The translations under genes and the position numbers were made by a program. A stretch of 64,000 nt of DNA from Antedon mediterranea (Eukaryota; Animalia; Echinodermata), in the NCBI RefSeq assembly GCF_964355755.1, contig NC_092670.1:38242388-38306387 (forward strand). The letters run 5' to 3'. The notes below the pieces were generated by a model. It did not search any database. It worked only from the letters and a program-made list of their open reading frames with translations, and was not told the DNA's origin. This document shows positions 39,451-50,942 of this stretch, in pieces (positions within the stretch are counted from its first letter, which is position 1; every line of letters begins with the position of its first letter).

Positions 39451-42400
39451 GTATAGAATATAGAGTATTTAGAACTCAATTTGTACATACTATTTTAGTC
39501 AACCTGGTGGCTAAAGCTCTGTCTACACTATTAAACTTTATGCGACAAAAACATGTGCCCATACAGTATATTGACATGATGATGTTGTCATATCACTACC
39601 ATTTGACATCACACTTTTTTGTCTTAACTCGTTTGATAGTGTAGACAGCGCTTTAAGATTTAATTAAATTTTACAACACTGTAGCCCACCATAAGTAGTT
39701 GTTTTGGCCTTAACATGGGGAAAGTTTATCCAACAAATACAATTACTTTCTACAGAATACTAAACAGAAGCCTTTTAAAAGCCTACTCGAAAATCATCCA
39801 AAATGTATATTATTTATATCGTGAAGTCTATACTATCTTTGCCCTGCCTCCAACATTCCAATTTCATTGTAAAATATTATCTTGCTTATATTTCCATGTA
39901 GTATTTAATCTCTGTTCAAACCTGATAATAGTATTTAATGACGCATTCATAAAAATTATTTTGCGTGGATGCCTCTTCACATGATTTAAAAGATCATTAT
40001 CACATGTCTAAAATTGCGACATTCTGCTAACATATTATTAAGTGGAGTGCAATGATGTTGTTATCTTGAAAATGATACATCTCAGTAAAAACAAGAAAAT
40101 GTTATACTGTACCATATTTGTTGTAATAAGATATTGACAAAACGGTTAATAAAATATTCACAAAAACAAAAGACAAATGATGCATATCCAAGGTAATTCT
40201 ATATTGAATAAAGCCATCAAAATACTAAATAAGCGACCTCATCTGTGTGGCCATTATTTTTACAACCAAAATGAAATTCAATTCCGGTTTATTCAAAATA
40301 TAAGTGGCACTGGCATGGCATAAAAAATCTGAATTGCACCAAATTTACATTATTATCAAAAAAATGTATTATTTTATGTTTGATTGAATGAGTAACTGTG
40401 GTGCAACTAACATTTAGTTTTAACCAGCGTGGGTGTAAATTGACTTTTTAATAATGCTGCACACCAATTGACCTGTGTCAATTATCTGTTATCTTAAATG
40501 AAATCCTTGTTTCCTGGTATCAAACCTCTGTTGAGACTGTGTACGGTATCTGATGATATGACTGACTTACAGTATTTGATTTGGCATTTTTTATATTCTC
40601 GTAATCATATTCGATTCATAAATGAATGAAATTAGTTAAATTCTGTTTTAGATTAGGATTGTCCTTCCTATTTGGGTTTAAAAATAATATTTTAAATATT
40701 TTATATTTTAATTTGATTTGCTCAGCTAGGACGGTAAAAATAATAACTATATTTCATACGTACTTGTCTTTAGTAACCAGAATAATAGATTGTTAACTAA
40801 AGCTCTGTCTACACTATCAAACTCTATGTGATAACATGTGATGTGCCCATATATGGACATGTTGATGTCATATCACTACCATATTTAGGCACATTACACT
40901 TTATCAAACTAGTTTATAGAGTGTGAAAGGGCTTTAAATATTTGTGTACCAATATTATAGAACCCCACAACTCACTCAAACCAATTGTTTTATACTTTGC
41001 AGGATCTCAAGAATAGAGGCATCAAATATGTTGTGCGTGTATGTGAACCTACTTATGATGCTAAAAAGCTTGCTAAGGAAGGCATTAAAGTCCTTGTAAG
41101 TAACTTATTGATTTCTTTACTATTTAGACTTTGTGAAGTCTTGTAAGTGAGAGATGAAATAAACAAAAGCTTTTCTAGTTGCTATTTATTCAGGATTAAG
41201 CTCTCATTTCAATTTGGTCATCTGAATTATGCTCATCACCCAAAATAGTTCTGGTATGGTAAGCTATACTGTACTCATATTTCTTTGAGTATTATGATGG
41301 ATGATAGATTATGAAATATTAAAATGAATTTTTAGTGTGAATATCTACATTTAGCCAACCACACCTCTGCTATTTATTCAGGATTAAGCTTGCATTTCAA
41401 ATTTGGTTTCTGAATTAAGCTCACCACCCAACCACACCTATCTAAAGAAAATTTCATGACCAAATGTTATTGGTTGTTTGTTTTCTTTGTACTGTATATG
41501 AATAGGATCTGCCTTTTGACGATGGCGGTCCACCCACCTCTGACATCATTGGTCAATGGTTCGATCTACTCAAGCTAAATTTTGCTGAGGTGCCTGGTTG
41601 TTGTATTGCCGTACATTGCGTGGCTGGTCTTGGTAGAGCCCCTGTATTGGTTGCATTGGCCCTCATGGAGGCTGGAATGACATATTCAGATGCTGTTCAG
41701 CTAATTCGTCAGTAAGTTGTTTCACATCCATTTTAAAAATATAAATTTAATGCAAGTGTTTTAATATGAATAATGGTATCAGTAGGAATTTAAAATATAT
41801 ATGTATCCCTTATAATATACTAACCTTGTATCATTATAGTAATCCAGAAGATGTTTTAAGATGATTCCTGAAGGGAGGGATCTCCTGACATGGCCTATTT
41901 ATCTATAGATATCTTATTTAATACTTTAAATATTTGTATTCCTATAGTAATAAAAATTATACAGTAACCTATAGTACAATCATTTAGTATTAGTAACATT
42001 GCTCTAGTATTTAATTCTATTCCTAAAAAATTAACCCAGTTCACTTTTTGATCATGATCACAATAAAGAGAAAGAAACACATTAGATTCACTCCACCCAA
42101 CATAATTATGAATGAATAACCATAAAAAACAATGAACAAGAAACAATGGGCTGCTGAGTAAAAAAAAAAACATGTCACTTTTGTTTATAATTGAATGCTT
42201 GTTTAGTCCGAAACAAAGTGTGACATTTGTTATTAGTTTTTGTATATTATTAGAGTTTACTTCCATTTGTAACCATACAGTATTCTTGTGACTACTGTAT
42301 GCTAATGCGTGTCACTTTTATTTTTAATTGAATGCTAGTTTAATCCAAAACAAAGGGTGGTTTGTTATTGGTTTTTGTATAGTAATATTATTAGTTTACT

Positions 42401-42666
42401 TCCATTTGTAATGGTCATACTGTATGCTTGTTACTACTACTGTATGTTAATGACAAACATTGGTTATTTGAATGCGTCAGAAACCACATCTGAAAATCGG
42501 CGGATGTGGTGAAAATTGTTCATCTAAAAACGATATTGACAATGTGACCTTTAACCTTTGCAGGAAACGGCGTGGTGCTATCAATGCCAGGCAACTAGAC
42601 TTCCTAGAGAAGTACCGTTCAAAGAAACGGCTCAAAGTTAACGGAGAAAAATGCTGTATCCAGTGA
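39346..42666 (+). CDS. PTP4A1: PRL / protein tyrosine phosphatase type IVA, 168 aa, complete
   Basis: Exons 39346-39450, 41003-41095, 41506-41711, 42564-42666. [21 protein letters not shown]..., [13 protein letters not shown], catalytic [15 protein letters not shown], polybasic tail and CaaX CCIQ. An in-frame upstream ATG at 39325 could add 7 aa. Confidence 0.97.
41003..41095 (+). CDS. PTP4A1: PRL coding exon 2
   Basis: 93 nt, tttgcag|[31 protein letters not shown]|gtaagt. Confidence 0.95.
41506..41711 (+). CDS. PTP4A1: PRL coding exon 3 (catalytic CX5R)
   Basis: 206 nt, aatag|[10 protein letters not shown]...[10 protein letters not shown]...LIR|gtaagt. Confidence 0.95.
42564..42666 (+). 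CDS. PTP4A1: PRL coding exon 4 (polybasic region + CaaX)
   Basis: tttgcag|[33 protein letters not shown]. Confidence 0.95.
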
Positions 42667-43456
42667 AGACGTCCAACCACTACATACACATACACAGATA
42701 GAAAATAGTTCCTCTACTAACTTGTTTGTTTTTTATCGACTGAATTCTTTGGCTATGTACGGAGGGAGTGTTATTTTAAAACTTCGACGTGATGCCAGTT
42801 ATTTATATTGAAGTTAAAAAGATTGAATAATTTAGTATTTAAATAAAATTCAATATTAATGAATTTTATGAATTTCATAGGTTTTAAACCTTATTTCTAA
42901 AAAATTTTGGGAAGAAGGAAAAATGATGATATGAATTAATTTGAGATTATGAAGTGCATAATATTAAATATATGTACCTCGTACAAAATATCTATTCTTA
43001 ATGGTTCTAAAGTTTCTTCTGGTGCACTTCACTTTCCAACGAGATTCTTGATTTCCAGCGATTATATTTCAATGGAATAATGAGATTAACATGGTTTTAA
43101 ATTATTAAACCAGTTTATCGTACTATCGTTCGACTATTGAAGACCAAGGAACTAATTAATAATAAGTAAAGTTAAGCAATAACATTGACATGAGTAATGG
43201 TAATACAGTGCTTTGCAAATATATTTAATTAATTATACATGATTATTTTTCATGGGCGCTGATTATTACTATATGAATTGTTTAATGGTGAAAAATTCAG
43301 AGGAATATGTAAACTGTTAAACAGATTTTTACAGTAGCTCTTAATAATTTATGTTTTAAACAAATGAATATATTTTGAATTTTTTATTATACATCCATCC
43401 ATAACACATTATATTTTTGTGATAAGCAAACAATGGGATATTCAATAGAAGACTAA

Positions 43457-43594
43457 AGTTCTGTCTACACTATCAAACTTTATGTGACACAAAATGTGAT
43501 GTGCCCATATATGGACATCATGATGTCATATCACCACCATATTTGGGCACATCACATTTTTTTGTGAAACTAATTTGATAGTGTAGACAGAGCT
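43457..43594. mobile_element. Representative copy of a palindromic 140-175 bp MITE (PIF/Harbinger-like), about 23 copies in the window
   Basis: TIR agctctgtctacactatcaaac / gtttgatagtgtagacagagct, TAA/TTA flanks. Other copies near 11912-12083, 13100-13215, 13812-13955, 14013-14182, 15730-15905, 20080-20188, 21371-21520, 23567-23708, 24171-24327, 33474-33565, 39515-39652, 40801-40933, 50965-51018, 53134-53294, 53490-53658, 54113-54254, 59556-59700, 60011-60070, 61640-61695, 61843-61986, 62414-62573, 63704-63879. Confidence 0.85.
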
Positions 43595-44713
43595 TAAGGC
43601 AGTACCGTTCCTTGATTGTTAATACTTGAATGAAACCAAATTGACAAACATGAAACAAACCAATGTCAAATTCATTATTAATCAAAATATATTTTAAATA
43701 TACTTTTAGCAACAAAAAGCACTTTTTAAGGTAAAAAAATCTGCTTTGAATTCGTTTATAATCATTTTTTGATGCAACAGAAATATTATCTTTTTCTAAA
43801 TTTTTAAATGAGAAAAAAAAACTATTGTGGCGATTTCAAGCAAAGCCAAAATCAAGATGTAATCTTAATCGAAGCCTTGATTCAATGGTATGTGTTTACT
43901 GATAATGAATTTCAAAGGCGTACACAGTAATTGTTTAACAAAATGTTGATGAATTTTGGCTAAGTACGCAAATAGCATGCCTTACAGTATTTTTTTATCA
44001 ATGAAAATGATGCATTTCTCAGAAATTTGTAACTAGTTACTAAATGTACCCCATATAACCCTTATGTAATAATTATATAATATTTGCGTCCTATAAATAC
44101 ATTTTTAATATTAAAATAATTGGGACAGTAAGGCCAATATGAAAGCGTAAATAATTCGGTATTGTATGCTTATTAGCTAATTAGACTTGAAACTGTAGAA
44201 CAGTGGTCTTCATTAGCTTGCCAGTAAATTAGAAAATGAAGTTATGTAACGAACGCAAGTACTCCACTAACAATACTTGCAATAACAAAAACATAATTAT
44301 AATTGAAGCTGGGTAATTTAGAATTGTATGAACTGTCAATTCAACAATATTAATATAGATAGCGCTATGAAAGAAAAAAAACATTTTAAATTTGTTCTAA
44401 CAGACTAGGTAGATGCATTTGATTTCTCAAAAGCTCGCCCATTTTATTGTTCAATAACAACACACTTCTCTTACCAAGTAATTGTATCTGTTACAACAAA
44501 CAACTAGAGTACAGTTGTGCTATGGATTGTATTTCATCAAACACAATGTAGTGCATTAATTTGGAAGGTCAAGGTATTATTTCTTAATTATTACTTAATG
44601 CACTATATTGTGCGAGACAAAATGTTCATGCATATTTTATATTTGCGTGCTTTATTGAAATGAATATGATATAGAGTTGAAACCTAGTTAAATCAAATTA
44701 ATGTAATTGTTTT

Positions 44714-44838
44714 AAGCTTGGTTCCCACTAGAACGTAAACGTAACACAAGCGTGTTGACCAATGACAAGCGACAGTTCGAATAATTCATAGCTTGTGATT
44801 GGTCAGCTAACTTGCATTACGTTAGTGAGAACCAAGCA
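44714..44838. mobile_element. Second small MITE (half copy at about 46520-46576)
   Basis: TIR gcttggttcccacta / tagtgagaaccaagc. Confidence 0.6.
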
Positions 44839-47800
44839 TTATAGTCGAGTTAAACTCTTTTCAACCAAAGCACAATTCAATTCCCAACATGTGATCAGAT
44901 TTCGTAAATCTTATAATATTCTTCCTGTATGGAAATCTAGCTTTGATTATCCTAATCGTCGGTGGTGAATAAGGATACGGTACAAACCGTGTTAATATCA
45001 CATGGTGTTTGTCTATCTCGGCTCTTAGAGTGTCACTAACGAAATGATGGATGCTGTTAAATAATCCACACAGTATTTTTAACCTAATCTGAACTCCCAA
45101 AAGTTGTATTCCTACAAAATGTGCCTTTTTTGTTTGTTTTTAATTTGGCATACATACACATTTTTTTATGGATAAATTTACCTGATTTAAATAGGTAGAA
45201 ATAAACACTTTCACGTTGTCGTAAATTACTTGTCCAATGTCACCACAGATCACGCGTCTTTTATTTCAACCCACCTTACAATAACCGCCATCACAGTAGA
45301 ATAAATAGAATCATAATTGTTATTATGGTTTTCTTAATCACACTGTCTAATTAACAACGTTAAGTACTGAAATGATTTAGTGTTCCTTATAATGTTAGTC
45401 TATACTGTTTTTTTTTGGATATATGTATCTTATGAATATTGGAATAAATACTTTTGAGAGTGCAGAACATTTGTTTTATATAGTTTGTGTTTCGTTTGAG
45501 ACTACTGGTATTAAAATGTTTGTGACCTACTACTACTACCTTGTTAACTAGTACAGTACCAACCTTCACTCACTGTCCTGACGCCATTTTATTTCTATGA
45601 CTAACTCTGTGTAATTCATCACAAAACTCAAATAACCGTACTATGTAGGAGTAGGCCTAGGTATTATAGAATAATGATAACCACTATATCACGATTGAAC
45701 ATCATTATTATTATTATATACCAATTACTTTTTGTTTGGTTGTTATGGGCCATGATAAACACGTTTGTGGTACAGTTATAACAAGAATGCTAGGACTAGG
45801 CCTAGTGTCTAACCCAAGAAAGACCACTTTTCAAGCCTTAAATGGACTCAAGTTAGGCCTACATTAGGCCTAAGCACGAACATTGCAAAAGAGGGCTAGA
45901 TAAAATAAATTTAGCTATGCTTCCAATCCTAGTTCATAAGGTGTATAGCCCTCCTACTATACTATTAAAAAAAGTACATTTTATAATAAATTTCACTTAC
46001 TGTGTTGACTTTCCAATTTTGAATTCAGCCACGCTCGATGTAGTAGTCCCCAACTGAGTCGTCTGACAATCCCGCTATCTGATTGGCCAATAGTGCGTGT
46101 AGTCGAGACAACCATGCTTGGCGGGAATCATCAACAGGATGTTCTGGGCATGCTCAAATCAGATTCGCCTGCCTGTTGTTGCTGCTACCAGTGTAGACGT
46201 TATCGTCACTATTTTGTCGAAGGCATGCATTGAAACTATTCTAGTGAACAAACTTAAAGACCATGTTTTTCGTTTAAATGTAGTCTTGTTTTTTGGCTTA
46301 TATGGATTTAAAGAAGATGAAAAACAAATTCCATTATCACAGCGGCTTGCGGTGTAAAGAAAAATAGTTCACTTTGCGACGTACATATAATTTGTTGTAC
46401 CTAATTGAGTGCCGGCGGTAACTGAACTAGTCTGGCGTAGGTACTGCATTGAATTGCAATCAACGCACACGCTTTCTGCATGTACGTCTACTTCTGTGTA
46501 CCTCCTGTATCATCAGGTTGGAATTGGTTACGTTGCGTTACGTCCTTGTGTTGCGTCTCTAGTGGGAACCAAGCATTACCCATGATTTCAGTTTGGCGGT
46601 ACAGTATTTTTATATTGCAAATTAAATTATTTGTCGATATTTAAGACGATACAGTACATGAGTTTAGAGTCATGCTCATGGATTACACATTTCTCTAATT
46701 TTGTTTTCATAAAATTTGGATAAAAATCGACTTTATTTGATAACGCCGCCAGTAAAATGTACGCCTGCATTTGTTGTACATGCATAATCATGGTCAAGTA
46801 ATACGACATCAAATCAAGAACAAAACTACTTATATATAGATAAACCTTGTTTTATTATACTTGAAACATAGGCCTACATGATACGTATACTTGAATACGT
46901 TATGATAGAAGTCGTTCCTTCTAAACAATTCAAAAATATTACAGCCAGTACTGTATAAAATCATAATACATTAAAGTAACATACATTAACAAAGACCATT
47001 TAATTGGTCAGAAATATAAAATAAGTATCGACTCTCGTCGTACAATAAATTCTTTATTAATGAAAGAAATTACGTCATTTATATAAAAAAAAAACGTCTC
47101 TTTTGAGAATTAGTATACAAACTATATTGCACTAACTTCAAATGAATAAACAACAAAACGAAATAATTCTAAATTAAATTGAAATAAAACAGATATGTAC
47201 CATATATTTTTCTTACAAAGATTCATATTTCCGACATTTTATACACAAAAAAATGAAAGTAAGCTATACGGTTGGTCCCTACAAAACCAGTATAATTCTG
47301 GTCTAAATACATTTGACCACCCACTATAACATCAAAACATTACACTGTATTGTTAGTAACGCCACGAAGACAAACAGACGCGCGCGTACAAATACTGATA
47401 ATCCAGGAAAGAATTTTTGTACGCGCGCGTCATTATAATAACTTCGTGATTGCGTCACTGGCGATATATCTTTCTTCCAAAATCGATAAAAGTTTTATAT
47501 AAAAAGATTCCTTATTTCATGATTATATTTACAATCCGTTAGATAAACACGTACTTTTACAGTAATTGTTCGTATATAATAAAAGCTGTCAAATATCTTA
47601 AACACCTTCATTCAAATATAAACTACACAATATATTACATATGTAGAGCTACTAAAAACAACTTTTCAAATTAAAGACCACTCTATTATTCGTAATAACA
47701 AAGAGATTCTAATTGAGGACCATAGTTACTAAAACGAATAGGTCTACCCGGGATCCGATCGTAAGATTATTTAGTACACACATGTACGGTGGTAGATGCA

Positions 47801-50195
47801 CAGCTCTATCATTTAGGCTACTTGTTAAAATCCATCCAAAAGCCATCAAGAAATGTCAAAGTTTATTTATTATTTCTACAAAAAATCGCTTCAGTAAATC
47901 ACAAACTAATTACATTTGTTTTGTAAAGATCATATCTTATATAATTGGATTGGCCGAAGTAGGCCTCGGAGATTAAAAAAAAATGTATACAAATACAGTG
48001 ATAATTATTTACATTAATAATCCACGAATCTATGAATTCACGAGCAGTAAATTTATAACAAAATCACGAACATTACTAATTTATTTTATCATGATTTATG
48101 TCCTGTATTATTTGTTTTTTTTTCAAAAAATTATACTAGAGAAAGTATACAAATGTAATGTATATTATGCTCTCTGGGAAAATTACAATAATCATTTGAA
48201 TAAAGTATAAAAATATTTTGCTACTTAAAAAAAAATTACGACTTTTCGTTCACCGTTTTGATCGATTTGAAACCATTTAAATAAGTTCTTCCTGGAAACT
48301 ATAACTACAAATGCCACATTGTTTACAATGACATGGTATGACAAGTATTAAATAGAAAATAGCGTTCCTAATATTATAACATAATTATAAGTATGGATAT
48401 TGAATAGCACTAGCATACTGGAGAAGAAACAAAAACGAACGAACAATTAGCTATCTGGCATTATGTATAGATATCATATCAAGTTGACGATCGCGTTTAA
48501 ACATTGAAAATTCTGGGAATAGAAACATTATTTGTACGCGCGCGTTCAAAAACTGATAACAGAAATAATTTTATACGCGCGCGTTCAAATGCTGATAAAC
48601 AGTACATGTACGCGCGCGCGCGTTCACCTATGTCCCTTATGTGGCGCACATCCCACAAATACTATAATTTTAAATATTCAAATTACAGAATTGGAATTTT
48701 GATAACATATTTCTAAATGTTAATTTACATCAAAACGATCTTTTTGTTTATATAATATTTCTATTACACACTAACCTTTACTTTTTTAGAATAAATTTTT
48801 TTATTTTTTTTTAAAATATAGTTTTTTTATTGTATTTAGATTAATCCAATCGACTCGATTATTCTTTAAACCTAAATGTTCAATGTACTAAAATGTCATC
48901 GTCATTTTAATATTACTGTATGAAAATAAATGTTATGCTGAATGTTGAAAGAGAAAAAAAATATTATTTGTTCATACTAAGTACTTTTGTCAGAACAACA
49001 AATAACTGTGTTTTACTTTTTTTTTAACAATTAACATTCATCAATGTACATCAGTACTGGCAGATGTAATAACCTAGCATAATTGTTTAGGTTGAGTTTA
49101 TAATAATTATTAGTGTTGTAAAAGTCGTGTGTGCCTGTATTACAGGCATAGACATTGTGAAGTTTATTGTTTTAAACACTTGTATTTATTTATCCTCAAA
49201 TTCTTTCAGTTCATTTTAGTATTTCATCTAAGATAATTGAATAATGGAACATAAATAAACAAACTGAAAATAATTGCCTCAAAAACCAATCCTAAACATG
49301 CAAAATAATGTAAAAAAAAGATGATTTACTTTGCCAGAGTATTATATCATTTATTTTATGATTTACTAAATGCATCATAGAGCAATTAACCTGAACCTAC
49401 TCTGGCAATGTTTGTTATCTAATCTTGTTGATCAGTCATAACAGAAGGTTATGGCCTACGCATTTAAATTGAGTTTTTTCATTATTATAATATCAGCCAC
49501 TCGACAACCTTGGTAGGAACAAGTTAAAAATCATTGCATTTGTGCATTAAATTATTTTCTAGATTCAACAACTGAAATCTAATTAAGAATAAGTACATAA
49601 ACATAAATTATAAATTACATTGAATAGTACCATACTAATTCTTAGCGACACTGTTTTCTGGTACTGAAAATTAAATTGTATTTTGCTAATACGGTAAAAT
49701 TGTAAGAAAAACATTAAAAACAAACTGAAAATTATAACTAGAAATGAAAAACCTAAAAAAGTACACTATATATTTATTTATATAGTGTAATAATAAATGG
49801 CACAGTAATATGTCTTATATGGCTTTTAAAGGAATACTGAAGCTTGGAAGAACTGAAGGAAAAATTAATTTTTAAAAATAAATCTGAAATCTGTATCATA
49901 TCTGTATTTTTAACATTGTACTGTTTGTAATTTTTTTTTATGGAACACTACACTTTTTAAAAAAATTGAGAAATCACTGTTTCTTATTACAAATACAACA
50001 ACAGTATTTTGGAGAATGGTATTTTCAGCAGAGTGAGAGGTAAATGCAAGTATTTGTAAGAAAAAGTAATTTGGTCCAAAATGTCAACAACACAATATAA
50101 TAATATACGAATTGCCCCGAAAACCTCCATCCAGATATTGGAATGCTCCTTTAATAGTACATTGCTTTATGATGGTGGAATTTATCCTATGGTCA

Positions 50196-50466
50196 TATTC
50201 AGATTGAAATGAAAAAAATCAATCCAGTCCAGATTGATATGAAAAAAATCAATCCAGTCCAGATTGATATGAAAAAAATCCATCCAGTTTATTTTGATAT
50301 GAAAAAAATCAATCCAGTCCAGATTGAAATAAAAAAAATCAATCCAGTTCAGATTGAAATGAAAAAATCAATCTAGTTTAGATTCATATGAAAAAAATCA
50401 ATCCAGTTCAGATTGAAATTGAAAAATCAATCCAGTCCAGATTGAAATGAAAAAATCAATCCATTC
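50196..50466. repeat. 29-30 bp minisatellite, about 9 copies, in the putative ASAP 3'UTR
   Basis: Unit cagattgaaatgaaaaaaatcaatccagtc. Confidence 0.93.
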
Positions 50467-50870
50467 CACAAACATCAAATTATTTATATATTAATATTTT
50501 TGTAGTTTTATTCCGTATTCATTTATTTTTGCATATCGGACAGAAAAATTTAAATAAGTAGAATTCATAAACAGAAAATGTTATAATTCAATGCATTTAA
50601 GATGACTAACTGAAGAATTATATTCCTTAAGTTTACATATTTCTATTGCATGCATTTGATTGGTCACCTAGGAGATCACATCTTCTGGACCTGTCAACAA
50701 CAACGTTATGGTTCGAATCCACCGTTTTGTTTCTCTACGGATATGCAGTCAGTCTTGGTCATCATATATTCAAATTTGAAGCTGAATGCATTTGATTGAT
50801 CGATTGAGGACTGGTGAAAACGCTGCCTGCAGCTAAAGAAGGAAGCCAGAGGCTACAAACGGGCCTACAG

Positions 50871-50942
50871 CTAGAGAGGTGGTGAAACAAAACTCACAGG
50901 GAACACACCCCTTCGTGTAGGTTCTCCTTCTATCTCTCCAAT
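50871..50942 (-). CDS. ASAP1: ASAP last coding exon, SH3 C-terminal part
   Basis: IGEIEGEPTRRGVFPVSFVSPPL*. Confidence 0.93.
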   Translation of the reverse strand: MGEIEGEPTRRGVFPVSFVSPPL

